DNA of 64,000 nucleotides from a virus, in the IMG/VR virus record IMGVR_UViG_3300046501_000132, positions 1 to 64,000 of that record; one strand, written 5' to 3'. The position numbers were made by a program, and so were the translations under genes. Within the stretch, counting starts at the first letter, position 1, and each line of letters starts with the position of its first letter. Below the pieces are notes generated by a model, which had not been told where the DNA came from, made no database searches, and was given only the letters and a program-made list of their open reading frames with translations. Positions 19,841 to 31,800 of this stretch are shown here, piece by piece.

Positions 19841-19874
19841 ATAAGTATATTGGACCGTCCAACAAGGAAAGAAG

Positions 19875-21653
19875 ATGTCACAGACATACACCTCTAATGA
19901 TTTTAATGATATCATGGACTCTCTGGTTCTGTTTATGCGGAACCAAGATGAATTTCGTGATATGAATTTTGACGGAAGCGCCATTCGTGAACTATTGCGT
20001 GTTCTAGCATTCAACGCTCAACAACAGGCGTTTCAAAATAATTTTGTGTACAACGAACTTCAACTAGACACCGCCCAGCTACGTCAAAACGTGGCTTCTA
20101 TTGCGTCGCGTCTAGGATACACTCCGTCTTCGAAAACTGCTGCGAAGATGAAGGTCAATCTAACTGTAACACCTGCTGACCCGGATACTGCACCGGCCTC
20201 TTTGGTATTGGATAGAAACACTCAGTTCTATGCAACTAAGGATGGACAGACGTATATCTTCAGCGCTGATGATGCATATTCCACGGCACTGGCTGGCGGT
20301 AAGTATTTGTTCACTAACGTGACTCTACTTCAAGGTATCTGGGCGATCAACGGCTTTATGGTGCAAACTCAATATGGTACCGAAAGTTATGTGATCCCTA
20401 ATGGCGATGTGGATACGAGCACTCTTGAAATCGCGGTTCGTGTAGCGGAAACATCCGCTACGCAAGATACATATACTCAATATCAGACTGCGTATGACCT
20501 AGGCCCAGAAGCTCAACTGTTCTTCCTGCGTGAGAACCGTGATGGCCTATATGAATTCAAGTTTGGTGATAATAAGTTCTCCAAGCGTCTAGATTACGGA
20601 AATGTGATCACTGCTCGGTATCTCGTAACTTCTGGATCTGCTGGCAATAGTATCACGGGCCTATCACCAGTTGCCTCCATTGGCGGGTTCTATGATATCA
20701 CTATTGACCAAGTGGATACTCGCTCGTATGGCGGCGCTGATCAAGAAAGTATTGATTCCATCCGCTCATTGGCTCCCATCGCATTTGCCGCGTCGGGTAA
20801 CGCAGTGACTCCTGGCGACTACGTTGGTTTAGCCAAACGTCTGTTTGCTGAAACCTCCGATGCTATCTGCTGGGGTGGTGAAGACAATATTCCTCCGCGT
20901 TATGGATATGTATTCTTGTCTGTGATCCCGAAGAATAGTGATGTTCTCACCGATGAGCAGAAGGAAGCCTTGGTGGCTATCTTGAAGAAGTATAACGTTG
21001 GTTCTGTAACTCCTGTGATTGTTGATCCGGTTTACACTTACGTCAACGTAAATTCTACAGTCAAATATCGGACTAGTGCTTTGACTATTTCAACAGACGC
21101 ACTAAAGGCGAAGGTTGGTGATTACTGTCGCGCGTTTAGTAAAGACAAGATGGAAAAGTTTGGTGGATCGTTGGAAATGTCCAACCTGGGCGATTTCATC
21201 AATTCTATCGACACGGCAATTACTGGTAACAACACTCAAGTTTCTTATGAGAAACGGTTCGTGCCGACTCTGAATGTATCTGGATCTTATGTGCTTCCGT
21301 TCTCTCACAAGCTAGAGCCAGGGACTGTGAACATCACAGGATTCAAGGTGGCAGATACGGATTCGAGCGGATACATCTATTCAATGTATGATGAAGATGG
21401 TGTCTTGAAGTTAAAGAAGACTCACGCAACTGTGGTTGGCTTGACTAAGATTCTATATTCTGATGTTGGTAGGGTTGATTACGATACTGGTTTGGTTACC
21501 GTGAGTAATTTCAAACCTAATCTATTGACTGATGTATACATTACCGTTTCAGCGTCTTGTAGCCTAGCCGATGATCAATCTTTGGTTGGTGTGAAGAACT
21601 CGATTCTGAAGTTCAACACGATCAATGTTACTCCGTTGGCGGTGAAGAAATGA
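19875..21653 (+). CDS. gp6: baseplate wedge subunit
   Basis: DMNFDGSA, NELQLDTAQLRQNV, FGDNKF, AVTPGDY, WGGEDNIPPRYGYVF. Confidence 0.93.
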   Translation: MSQTYTSNDFNDIMDSLVLFMRNQDEFRDMNFDGSAIRELLRVLAFNAQQQAFQNNFVYNELQLDTAQLRQNVASIASRLGYTPSSKTAAKMKVNLTVTPADPDTAPASLVLDRNTQFYATKDGQTYIFSADDAYSTALAGGKYLFTNVTLLQGIWAINGFMVQTQYGTESYVIPNGDVDTSTLEIAVRVAETSATQDTYTQYQTAYDLGPEAQLFFLRENRDGLYEFKFGDNKFSKRLDYGNVITARYLVTSGSAGNSITGLSPVASIGGFYDITIDQVDTRSYGGADQESIDSIRSLAPIAFAASGNAVTPGDYVGLAKRLFAETSDAICWGGEDNIPPRYGYVFLSVIPKNSDVLTDEQKEALVAILKKYNVGSVTPVIVDPVYTYVNVNSTVKYRTSALTISTDALKAKVGDYCRAFSKDKMEKFGGSLEMSNLGDFINSIDTAITGNNTQVSYEKRFVPTLNVSGSYVLPFSHKLEPGTVNITGFKVADTDSSGYIYSMYDEDGVLKLKKTHATVVGLTKILYSDVGRVDYDTGLVTVSNFKPNLLTDVYITVSASCSLADDQSLVGVKNSILKFNTINVTPLAVKK

Positions 21654-22453
21654 TGATTGTGGACAAGCGTATCTCTGATCTATTGCCGGCTCACTACCGA
21701 CAATATGCTCCGAGATTCATTACGTTTCTTGAGAAGTATTATGAGTGGTTGTATCGTACCTCCGGGATGAGCGATAGTGAAATTGCTGACCTGAGAAACG
21801 ATACATCTTGGTTGGAGAAGGATATTGATCGGTTTATCGCTTCCGGAAAGTTGCGGTATTTCGATTCATCCACTGACCCTAATGTACTTGATGCGGCCCT
21901 AATCGACATCGCCTCAACCGATAACTCTGGCACTCAAGCGAAGATGCTACCAGATGCTTTCGTTATGGAAGACATCTTTGATGGCTATCGGACGGCAGAT
22001 GGCCTGGACTTTGCGGATAAGGACGAATCTAATATTGAGTTGAGCACCGTTGAGGATAATATTCTGGATGGTTGGTTCAACTCAATGGGATTCGACCGAG
22101 TTAAGCGCAGTAGGATTAAGGCTCTGGAATTAGTTGACCAGGTTCTGATGCTATCCCTATTGAAGCATATCTATGCGATCAAGGGGACAGAAGCATCTAT
22201 GAAGCTGTTCTTTGACTTGTTCTTCGATGAAGAGGTTGAAATCTTCCAACCGAAGCCATTGATCAACGTGATTGATGACAATATGATTGTTGATGGGCTG
22301 ACTCTGATTCGGGATGATGAACTATATCAAGAGTATTCATATATGATCTATGTCGCAAACGAACCTGATTATTACAAGGATGTTTTCGACACTATCTATT
22401 TGAAACTTATTCATCCTAGTGGGTTTAGAGTCGAATTGAAACAAGTGACTTAA
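21650..22453 (+). CDS. baseplate wedge subunit, gp7-like (short)
   Basis: KGTEASMKLFF, YQEYSY and HPSGF motifs; follows gp6. Confidence 0.75.
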   Translation: MMIVDKRISDLLPAHYRQYAPRFITFLEKYYEWLYRTSGMSDSEIADLRNDTSWLEKDIDRFIASGKLRYFDSSTDPNVLDAALIDIASTDNSGTQAKMLPDAFVMEDIFDGYRTADGLDFADKDESNIELSTVEDNILDGWFNSMGFDRVKRSRIKALELVDQVLMLSLLKHIYAIKGTEASMKLFFDLFFDEEVEIFQPKPLINVIDDNMIVDGLTLIRDDELYQEYSYMIYVANEPDYYKDVFDTIYLKLIHPSGFRVELKQVT

Positions 22454-22530
22454 ATACTAAGTAGGACAACAAGGCGTCTCCGTTCTGGGGGCGCCTTAAT
22501 TTTTAACTCATGGAAATGAAGTGAGAAGAC

Positions 22531-24699
22531 ATGACAGAATTCAATAATCGGTTCAAAGTTAAGAAGGGACTTGACGTTGCTGGACAGTCTACCCTAACCG
22601 GCGATCTTGATGTAACTGGAAATACCGCCCTAACTGGGAATCTGGATGTAACAGGCCCCATCACAACTCCGACTCTAGCCGACACTGAGAACTCTACCAA
22701 AGTCGCTACCACTGCGTTTGTTCGGACTGCCATCGCTAACTTGATTGCATCATCCCCTGCTACGCTAGATACTCTAAACGAGATTGCAGCTGCTTTGGGT
22801 AATGACCCGAACTTCGCAGCAACTATGACCAACAGCTTGGCATTGAAGGCTCCGCTGGCGTCTCCTGCTCTGACTGGCACTCCGACTGCTCCGACTGCGT
22901 CAACATCAGATAATACAACACAGATTGCCACAACGGCATTTGTGAAGAACCAGGCATATGCCACTCTTGCATCGCCTGCTCTGACCGGAAATCCAACCGC
23001 ACCAACAGCAGCGCCGGATACAAACACAACTCAGATCGCAACGGCCGCATTCGTGTTGGCACAAGGGTCAGCTACGACCCCGTTGATGGATGGAGCTGCG
23101 GTCATTGGTACATCCACACGATGGGCGCGGGCAGATCACGTCCACCCCACGGACACCTCTAGAGCGCCCCTAGCATCGCCCGCGCTAACGGGAGTACCTA
23201 CGGCCCCTACAGCGACCTTCGGCACCTCTAGCACTCAGCTAGCCACCACTGCGTTCGTTCAGGCGGCGATGGCTGCTACTGGTGTTGGCTCAGACGCAGC
23301 GGCGATTCCAGGAACGACGACAGCTTCCATTGATGATCAGACGGTCCCCACAGGAACCTATTACGTTACCACTACGAACACAGGAACTAAACCAGGTGGT
23401 GATACCGCTGGTTTCTTGATTGTTGCTCGCACGGGCGTATTAGCCCATCAGTTGTATATTGATGATACGACATCTAAGGTATGGTCTCGTGCTTATAGCA
23501 CTAGCTGGACTGCTTGGCGTGAAGTTGCTTATACAGACTCTCCTGCTCTGACGGGGACTCCGACTGCCCCAACCGCATCCCCTAATACGAACACGACTCA
23601 AGTAGCAACGACTGCTTATGCAGACGCGATTGCGGCTTTGAAGGCTAACATCGCCAACCCTTCGTTCACTGGCACTGCTTCTTTCGGCGGGACGTTGGGT
23701 GTGACCGGAGCAGCGACATTCAGTAACACAGTAACCATTACCGGCAACACAACGGTTGGTGGTGGTCTTGCTTCTGATGATTTTGTTACTATCGCATTCG
23801 CTGATGATAGCAACCTGGTGACTACAGCGAACCAGACTGGCGCTATCAAGATTAAGTTGCCTGTGCTCTATACCACAACTCAGTTGTCTTTCACATTGAG
23901 CGTAAATGAGGGTTCATCAGACTCTGCATTCCAAATGCGTATTAGCGGTCACAACAGAGTGTCGGATAACTCTTGGCAATTTGCTACTGCGACGTTGATT
24001 GGTAATCCTGGAAGTAAGACTCCTGCGATTCGATATGGTAATGATGGTACAACTGCCTGTATCTGGATTGGTGAATTAGCGGATGTTTGGACGGTTCCTC
24101 AAATTGAAGTATCGAACATTCATTTGGGTAATAGTGGTCTATCAGCAACATGGTTGAGTGGCTGGGCAATCTCATTCGCTACGACATTCGATACGGTCAA
24201 GACGGGGCCTGTAACTCCGTTCAAGACGGCTGGTTTAGCAAGTCCTGCCTTCACTGGCACTCCTGCAGCCCCGACTGCAAACGCAGACACGAACACGACT
24301 CAGATCGCAACCACGGCTTTCGTCATTGGTCAGGCTTCCTCGACACTACCTTTGATCAACGCGGTTGCAGCGGCTATCGGAACAAGCCTGAAGTATGCTA
24401 GGGCTGATCACGTACACCCTACTGATACGACTCGTGCTCCAGTGGCTTCTCCGATCTTCACTGGAAATCCTACTGCTCCGACTCCTGCTGATTCGGATAA
24501 CAGCACTTCTTTGGCCACTACTGCATTTGTACAGACTAGGCTGGGGTTTTACGCTCCGTTGAACTCTCCTGCTCTGACCGGAACTCCGACTGCTCCAACT
24601 GCGACTATCGGTGATGCGACGACGAAGATTGCTAATACATCATTTACTCAACAGACGGCGGATAACTCAGCAATCGTTTATTCGATTGTGTTCGGTTAA
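22531..24699 (+). CDS. tail fibre protein with ASPALTGTPTAPTA..TQIATTAFV repeats
   Basis: LDTLNEIAAALGNDPNFA (P2 gpH-like) and about 8 internal repeats; two RADHVHPTDT motifs. Confidence 0.85.
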   Translation: MTEFNNRFKVKKGLDVAGQSTLTGDLDVTGNTALTGNLDVTGPITTPTLADTENSTKVATTAFVRTAIANLIASSPATLDTLNEIAAALGNDPNFAATMTNSLALKAPLASPALTGTPTAPTASTSDNTTQIATTAFVKNQAYATLASPALTGNPTAPTAAPDTNTTQIATAAFVLAQGSATTPLMDGAAVIGTSTRWARADHVHPTDTSRAPLASPALTGVPTAPTATFGTSSTQLATTAFVQAAMAATGVGSDAAAIPGTTTASIDDQTVPTGTYYVTTTNTGTKPGGDTAGFLIVARTGVLAHQLYIDDTTSKVWSRAYSTSWTAWREVAYTDSPALTGTPTAPTASPNTNTTQVATTAYADAIAALKANIANPSFTGTASFGGTLGVTGAATFSNTVTITGNTTVGGGLASDDFVTIAFADDSNLVTTANQTGAIKIKLPVLYTTTQLSFTLSVNEGSSDSAFQMRISGHNRVSDNSWQFATATLIGNPGSKTPAIRYGNDGTTACIWIGELADVWTVPQIEVSNIHLGNSGLSATWLSGWAISFATTFDTVKTGPVTPFKTAGLASPAFTGTPAAPTANADTNTTQIATTAFVIGQASSTLPLINAVAAAIGTSLKYARADHVHPTDTTRAPVASPIFTGNPTAPTPADSDNSTSLATTAFVQTRLGFYAPLNSPALTGTPTAPTATIGDATTKIANTSFTQQTADNSAIVYSIVFG

Positions 24700-24756
24700 A
24701 TAAATGTAATCAAAGGAGAGGTAGAAACCTCTCCAACAACTTATTTGGAGTATTAA

Positions 24757-25095
24757 ATGGCCAACGTTCTTAACTCAGTATTGGTTACCGGAATTACAAA
24801 TAACGGTGGCTCTGGTGGTTATGCATATACAGTTCCTGCATCCACTCTGGCTACTTTAATCGGTCTAAGCATTGCAAATAATAGCACAACCAGCGCGATC
24901 ACAGTTAATGTACGAATTCTGCGTGGAGCAACAACTGTAAATTGGGTTCCTCCTGGCGCATACATCCCTGTTGGTGGTTCGATGCAGTGTATTGGTATTG
25001 AAGGCAAGATGGTTTTGAAAGCTGGAGATATTGTTCAGGTTATCCCTTCTGCCTCGTCCGTTGACACTATTGCATCTATGTTGGAGCAAAGCTAA
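24757..25095 (+). CDS. virion structural protein (fibre-associated)
   Basis: Beta-rich; SD GGAG; late promoter at 24696. Confidence 0.65.
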   Translation: MANVLNSVLVTGITNNGGSGGYAYTVPASTLATLIGLSIANNSTTSAITVNVRILRGATTVNWVPPGAYIPVGGSMQCIGIEGKMVLKAGDIVQVIPSASSVDTIASMLEQS

Positions 25096-25877
25096 TGTCA
25101 TATCTTGGTAATGGCGCTGGTCGCCAAATCATTATGCCTGGGCAGATTGCTTCTGGGGCTGTAGGGTATGCTCAACAAGACTCTGCTGCACAAGTTGCTT
25201 TGACGGCAGGTGGGATGCGTAATCTTCTTATCAACCCTCTGTTCATCATAAACCAGCGGACCTATGCAGGAGGCAATGTCTCAGGAGCCAATACATACAC
25301 TTGGGATCGTTGGCGAGTGGTTACAAGCGGACAAGCTGCACCTGTATCCGGCTTCGTGATGACGGCACCTGCTGGTGGTGTAGAGCAAGTGGTGGAGGGT
25401 CTGAGCATCATTGGTGGGCAATACGTCCTATCTTGGACAGGCACTGCGACAGCGAGCTACAACGGCACGTCCATCACGTCTGGCACACCATTCTCACTAA
25501 CAGCAGGCGCCAACTGTACGATTAGATTCACTGGCGGTACAGTATCGTTTCCGCAGCTTGAACGAGGCACTGTTGTGACTGTATTCGATCAACGCGCCGT
25601 TGTTGTCGAACAAGCTATGTGTCTAAGGTACTTCCGAGTTATCAAATGGCAATGTGGGAGTGTAGCTACAGCGGCCAATCAAGACATATACTCATCCGTC
25701 AACTTCGACCCGATGCGTAGCACTGCAACCGTTACGTTGGCATCTGGAACATACGTGAATAGTACAACTCCAGGTCCGTATGCTGTCACAAATCGAGTGT
25801 TTACTGACTTCGCACGCTCTGGTGGGGCTGGAGTCGTATTCGCTGAATACACAGCGTCGCTCTCTGCTGAACTATAA
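25095..25877 (+). CDS. tail-fibre-associated protein, paralog 1
   Basis: RNLLINPLFIINQR...EQAMCLRYF...SAEL. Confidence 0.7.
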   Translation: MSYLGNGAGRQIIMPGQIASGAVGYAQQDSAAQVALTAGGMRNLLINPLFIINQRTYAGGNVSGANTYTWDRWRVVTSGQAAPVSGFVMTAPAGGVEQVVEGLSIIGGQYVLSWTGTATASYNGTSITSGTPFSLTAGANCTIRFTGGTVSFPQLERGTVVTVFDQRAVVVEQAMCLRYFRVIKWQCGSVATAANQDIYSSVNFDPMRSTATVTLASGTYVNSTTPGPYAVTNRVFTDFARSGGAGVVFAEYTASLSAEL

Positions 25878-25888
25878 GGGAAAAATAA

Positions 25889-27196
25889 ATGTCATATCTA
25901 GGTAATCAACCGCAACTATCTACAATGCGTACGGTGGTTGAAGATATTGCGTACGCAAACCAACCTGAAATTCCAGTACCTGGTGGCTTCACTCCAACTA
26001 TGGTGGATGTGATTCGGAATGGATCCACACTTGTACGTGGTGTTGATTATGATGACACCAACGGGATTTCAATCAAGCCCACAACACCGTTCGTCGCAGG
26101 CGAGTCATTTAAGGTCATTGCATGGACTCCTAATCAGACTGTCCTTAATGCTGTGGGACAAATGGCTCCATACCGCAATAAACTAATTAATGGAAACTTC
26201 GACATCTGGCAACGAGGTACGTCATTGTCAGCTGGGACTGGAGCGCCACTTCTAGCTGACCGCTGGATTGATGGAGCTGGAGGCACAACCGTTGCGCCAT
26301 CACGTCAAACCTTTACTCTTGGACAGACTGATGTACCTGGAGAGCCAAGCTATTTCCACCGGAGTGTTGTGGCCAGTTCCGCTGGCGCTAATAACTTTGC
26401 ACAGCTAGTTCAACGCATCGAGAGTGCCAGAACACTAGCGGGGCAGTATGCAACTGTATCTTTCTGGATCAAAGCAGACTCTGTAAAGACAGTGGCTGTG
26501 GAGTTCTCACGAAGCTATGGGACAGGCGGTTCACCATCCGCTGCTGAGACTGGTATCGGCGCGAGTAAGTTTGCAGTCACTTCTACATGGCAAAAAATCA
26601 CAACAAGCGTTCTTATCCCGAGTATTTCAGGAAAGACTTTAGGAACGAATGGGGATGATTATCTCGCCCTTAATTTGTGGTTTGATGCAGGGAGCACCTA
26701 TAACACTCGTACCAACAGCCTAGGTCAACAGTCAGGTACGTTTGATGTTGCACAAATTCAAGTTGAGGCAGGAACATACGCAACTCAGTTTGAATATAGA
26801 CCGCCTTCGATAGAGCTACAAATGTGTCAGCGATATTACATGCGATGGAAAAGTGATGGGTCATCACCGTTACAACTAGCGGTCACATCAGGGGCCACAA
26901 ACTCGGCCATTATTATTCTTCCATTGCTGGTGCAAATGCGCGCGACTCCAAGTATGCTAACAAGCGGTGTTGTTGGGGCTAATTACTCAGGGGCAGCCGG
27001 TCCTACCGCCACGCAGTGGACTATGGGATCTGTGGGAGTTGTATATCATAGCGTATCGTCTGGGACTATGAGTGTTGGACTTATCAATCAATCTAATTTC
27101 TGTGCCCTTTCTGCGTCAGGTATGACTCTATCTAGTATTCCAAATTTCGCTGTACTTGGAAGCAGTATGTGGGTTGACGCTTCGGCAGAACTATAA
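25889..27196 (+). CDS. tail-fibre-associated protein, paralog 2 (carbohydrate-binding-like)
   Basis: RNKLINGNFDIWQRG...ELQMCQRYY...SAEL. Confidence 0.75.
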   Translation: MSYLGNQPQLSTMRTVVEDIAYANQPEIPVPGGFTPTMVDVIRNGSTLVRGVDYDDTNGISIKPTTPFVAGESFKVIAWTPNQTVLNAVGQMAPYRNKLINGNFDIWQRGTSLSAGTGAPLLADRWIDGAGGTTVAPSRQTFTLGQTDVPGEPSYFHRSVVASSAGANNFAQLVQRIESARTLAGQYATVSFWIKADSVKTVAVEFSRSYGTGGSPSAAETGIGASKFAVTSTWQKITTSVLIPSISGKTLGTNGDDYLALNLWFDAGSTYNTRTNSLGQQSGTFDVAQIQVEAGTYATQFEYRPPSIELQMCQRYYMRWKSDGSSPLQLAVTSGATNSAIIILPLLVQMRATPSMLTSGVVGANYSGAAGPTATQWTMGSVGVVYHSVSSGTMSVGLINQSNFCALSASGMTLSSIPNFAVLGSSMWVDASAEL

Positions 27197-27205
27197 AGGA
27201 TAATT

Positions 27206-28186
27206 ATGTCTACAGCACAAAATTTGGCAAGTCTAGGCCAACTATTCAGTACGCAATCTCTGATGTTCCGTAACAAGATCATCAACGGCAACTTCGACAT
27301 CTGGCAACGTGGTGGTTCACTTAGTAATGCAGTTAACAACGCATATCTAGCAGACCGTTGGTATAACGGCGCGAGCGGTACATCTACCTCTATTTCTGCC
27401 CAAGCGTTTGTAGTTGGACAAACTGATGTTCCGAATGGTCCTAGGTATTTTCATCGCGTGGGCGTATCTTCTGTGGCTGGGGCCGGTAACTACTCATACC
27501 TTTCACAAGCCATTGAAGGTGTTGCGCAATTCTCTGGACAGACTGTAACCCTGACATTCTGGGCTAAAGCTGACGCCGCTAAAAATATCGCAATTGAGTT
27601 TATTCAAAACTTCGGCGCCGGTGGCAGTGCAGCAGTCCTTGGACTCGGTTCTCAACTTATCCCGCTGACTACTGTCTGGAAGAAGTTCAAAGTCCAAGTG
27701 GCATTACCCAGTATCTCAGGTAAGACGCTGGGGACAGCGAATACAGATAGTCTCCAGTTCATCTTCTGGATGGATGCTGGCTCCAGCGTGGCCGCTCGTA
27801 CTGCAAGTCTAGGTCAACAGTCCGGCACCTTCGACTTCTCTCAAGTTCAGATTGAAGTTGGTACGGTGGATAGTCTGTTTGAAGTTCGCCCACCTGGTCT
27901 AGAGTTGTTGCTTTGCCAACGTTACTTCTGTAGCGGCACTGATCTGGTGAACACTTCAACGTATGCAGCTAACAGCGCGTTGACCTCTCCTGTCACATTC
28001 CCGGTAATAATGCGGATTGTACCAACGGTGGTCGTTACACCATCGGCTTTCTCCGGGGTGGGGTATACTTCCAATCTTGGCAACCACCCCAGCACCCGCC
28101 AATTGATGATGGAATTTAATAGTCCCAATGGGGCCAACAACACTGGTGTCGGCACGCTTACTTGGTCGGCTAGTGCGGAATTCTAA
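27206..28186 (+). CDS. tail-fibre-associated protein, paralog 3
   Basis: RNKIINGNFDIWQRG...ELLLCQRYF...SAEF. Confidence 0.75.
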   Translation: MSTAQNLASLGQLFSTQSLMFRNKIINGNFDIWQRGGSLSNAVNNAYLADRWYNGASGTSTSISAQAFVVGQTDVPNGPRYFHRVGVSSVAGAGNYSYLSQAIEGVAQFSGQTVTLTFWAKADAAKNIAIEFIQNFGAGGSAAVLGLGSQLIPLTTVWKKFKVQVALPSISGKTLGTANTDSLQFIFWMDAGSSVAARTASLGQQSGTFDFSQVQIEVGTVDSLFEVRPPGLELLLCQRYFCSGTDLVNTSTYAANSALTSPVTFPVIMRIVPTVVVTPSAFSGVGYTSNLGNHPSTRQLMMEFNSPNGANNTGVGTLTWSASAEF

Positions 28187-28215
28187 ATAAGCGTATTGAT
28201 GAAGGACACTAGCAA

Positions 28216-28797
28216 ATGTATCAAGAAATTAAAGACCAAAAATCTGGGTTGGTTGTTGGAATTCTTAGAATGTCCGACGGTGCTTACATCCCTCTTTCGG
28301 ACGGAAATGTTGATTATCAAGCATATCAGACTTGGTATGATTATGGTAATCGTCCTGATCCAGATATAAATTTTTCATCAGATGCTGTAAAGGATCGTAA
28401 GTGGAGTGATATCAAGATTCAACGCGATAGTCGTAAGGCTGGAGGTGTTCAAGTGGGGTACTACTGGTTCCACACCGATGATACAAGCCGGATTCAATGG
28501 CTTGGTATTAAGGACACTGCTCGTGATATGCAAGTTAGTGGTTCTCCGGACACAACCATTATCCCGATGTTGGGACAGAATCTTCTATGGAAGACGATGT
28601 CCGGTCAGTTCGTTCCGGTAACAATCAAGACTGCATATCAGGTAAATCAAGCTGTTAAGGATATGGATGCTGCTCTTTTCGCTCTTGCTGAAAAAAAGCG
28701 TCAAGAACTTATCGCTTCATCGACTCCTGAAGACTACGACACGTCTGTTGGTTGGCCTTTAACTTATACAGAAGCAACGCATCACATCGCTGCTTAA
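28216..28797 (+). CDS. tail fibre assembly protein (DUF4376-like)
   Basis: IKIQRD...WFHTDDTSRIQ...WKTMSGQFV. Confidence 0.75.
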   Translation: MYQEIKDQKSGLVVGILRMSDGAYIPLSDGNVDYQAYQTWYDYGNRPDPDINFSSDAVKDRKWSDIKIQRDSRKAGGVQVGYYWFHTDDTSRIQWLGIKDTARDMQVSGSPDTTIIPMLGQNLLWKTMSGQFVPVTIKTAYQVNQAVKDMDAALFALAEKKRQELIASSTPEDYDTSVGWPLTYTEATHHIAA

Positions 28798-28801
28798 TGG
28801 G

Positions 28802-28828
28802 AATGGAGAACTTCGGTTCTCCATTTTT
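28802..28828 (+). terminator. intrinsic terminator
   Basis: aatggagaac-ttcg-gttctccatt plus T-run. Confidence 0.8.
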
Positions 28829-28889
28829 TGCTTATCTACTAAATAAAAGTATGACGAAGTATAAATTCACCATCCTCCTAGGATAAGAT

Positions 28890-31800
28890 ATGCAAAAGAC
28901 AAATACGAATATTTCTCCAATCTTCGATGACTTCGATGAGAGCAAGAACTACCACCGTATCCTGTTCAACGCTGGTAAGGCTGTACAAGCCCGAGAATTG
29001 ACTCAAGCTCAAACCATTCTACAGTCTCAGATTGAGAGACTAGGAAAGCACCTATTTACAGAAGGTGCGATGGTTGTTCCGGGCGGTATCAAGGCAATCG
29101 AAGCGCAGGACTACGCGAAGATCACGATGAATTCGGGTTCGGCTTACGCAGATTTCGCAGGCACGGAAAATCTATATGCCAAGGGTAATACCTCTGGTGT
29201 GATTTTCAAGGTCGCTAAGACGTTTGACGCAACTAGCACAGATCCAGTTTCTCTATTCATGGACCTAATCACCCCTGGTACTAACCAAGAGAAAAAGTTT
29301 GGGATTGGGGAAACCATCACTCTATTCTTCTACAACTCAAGTCAAGTTGAACAACCTCTTGCTCTAGCGGCGGTTGATGAATTGGGTCAAGGTCAATGGG
29401 TTAAGGTTCAAAGCGGTATCTATTTCGTGCGCGGTATGTTCGTTCGCACCGATTCTCAAGACTTTGTGGTGTCGAAATATACAACTGACACCACACTGAA
29501 GGTCGGTTTCAAGGTCACTGAAACTATCGTGACTGCGGATGATGACGTATCACTATACTCTAACGCCAATGGATTCCCGAATGAGAATGCTGCCGGCGCA
29601 TCGCGTCTAAAGATCGTCTTGACTCTGGCTGGTATCGGTGTTGATGTGGTTGATAGCGACTTCATTGAAATCGCTCGTTTCGACCAAGGTGGTCTATCAG
29701 ATAAGATCGACTACACCAGCTACTCTATCATTGAGCAAGCCATCGCCCAACGGACTTACGAGACCAACGGCGATTACGTGGTGAATGATTTCGGTGTGGA
29801 CGTTAAGGAACATTTGAAGTCTGGTAACAACGGCGGTGTCTATGAATCTGCTAATGGCGGTGATGAGACTAAGCTAGTTGCGGCTATGAAGCCTGGTATC
29901 GGTTACGTGAAGGGTTATCGCGTAGAGAATATCGGTATTCAAAACGTTGTGGTTGATAAGGCGCGTGATACTGCGTTTTTGAACAACGCGGCGTACACTG
30001 CTGACTATGGTCAATATCTAGTATTGACCAACGTTAAGTCTCTACCGGACATCGACATTAAGAAGCAACTATTGCTTCTAGACGCAACAACGGCTCAAGT
30101 CGGTACGGCGCGTGTTCGCGCGATCCGTCGTGATGGCTCGAACTATCGCTTATATATTTTCGATGTGAAGATGAATAGCGCCAAGTTTATCACTGACGTC
30201 CGCTCGGTAAAGTATACAGATTCTTCTAGCTTGTTTACTGGCGACATCGTGGACAACCCTGCCGTGCTGTACAGCACGAATACTAGCACGCTTCTATTCA
30301 AGCTGCCGGTGCCTTCGGTGAAGTCTCTATTCCAAGCTGGTGTGGGTGGTGATACGTCTTACACGGTACTGCGTACGTTCAACCTCACGACTAACTCATC
30401 TGGTCAAGTATCGGCTTCAGTAGGAGCCAATGAGTTCTTCGGTGCTGTTGATGGAATTAACTACTTCATCGCCCTAACAGGCGCAGCTTCGGTTGGTACT
30501 CAGTTCGATCCGACCACTAGCATCACGCTAGGCGGTACGATTGTCGGAACGACGATGAATATTAATCTGGGGGTTGGTTTTGCTAGCCAAGCGATTAAGG
30601 TTATTGCTCCGGTATTGAAGAGCCAGACGACTCAGAAGACCAAGACTCTGTTGACTGTGACGGATGAAGTTATCGCTTTCCCGGATACGAATCAACAAGC
30701 GTTCAGCAAGGCTGACATCTATGATGTGATATCGGTTAAGGATAATACGACTGATGCTGATATCACGTCGCTGTTCACGTTTGATAATGGTCAGAAGGAC
30801 AACTGGTATGAAAACGGTAAGCTGAAGACTGCAGATGGCAACCTAATTATCCGCACTGTTAAGGTGACGTATCGTTACTTTGCCCATTCTGCTGGTGACT
30901 ACTTCTCGGTTGACTCCTACAGCGGTTTGACTCGTAATCAGATTTCGACCTATGGTGGTAACAACCTAGCCGATTATATCGACTTCCGCCCACTAAAGGA
31001 TGCCGCCGGTAACTTCACTTCTTCAACCGTATTCGGTGAAGTGATTAAGCCTGGTGATACCATCCGCGCAGACATTACGTACTACTTGCCTCGTACCGAC
31101 ATCATCGTCGTGAATGCTGATGGCGAGTTCAAGTCTGTTCGTGGTATTCCTAGCCTAAGCCCTATTGCTCCTGAGGTGCCTACAGATTCGATGAAGTTGT
31201 ATGAGCTATATCTATCTGCTTACACAGCCAAGGTTTCTGAGGTCGGTGTGAAGTCTGTGGATAATCGCCGCTATACGATGCGTGACATCGGTAAGCTGGA
31301 GGCTCGTATCGCTAATGTTGAGTACTACACCACTCTATCGGCTCTAGAATCGCAGACGAATAAGACTGAGGTGCTAGACCCCGTTACAGGAAATAATCGC
31401 TTTAAGAACGGTTTCGCAGTGGATGGCTTTACTGACTTCCGCATGGCTGATCCTCTAAACCAGGATTGGGCGGCTGCGATGGACCTAGATAACAACTGGC
31501 TGCGTCCTATGTTTGTTGAAAACGGCGTGGACTTCGCGGTTAGTGCAACTAGCGGTGCTGGAAAGAAGACTCGTGTGTTCATGCCGAATTACACGGAAGT
31601 GAAGGCAGTGTCTCAGCCTTATGCGACGACGACTATCAACATCAACCCATACGCAGTATTTTCGTGGATGGGTACGGTGCGGTTGACTCCTGATCGTGAT
31701 TACTGGAAGGATGTTAAGTATCTTGATCCTATCATCGTAAACAACACTCTGGATTACACCGGCGGTGCTGTAGCGCAAACCTTCTGGGGTTCTTGGCAAA

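Noticed and set aside
25095-28186. Diversity-generating retroelement acting on fibre paralogs
   Set aside because: No reverse transcriptase in the window and no TR/VR pair with adenine-specific differences seen.
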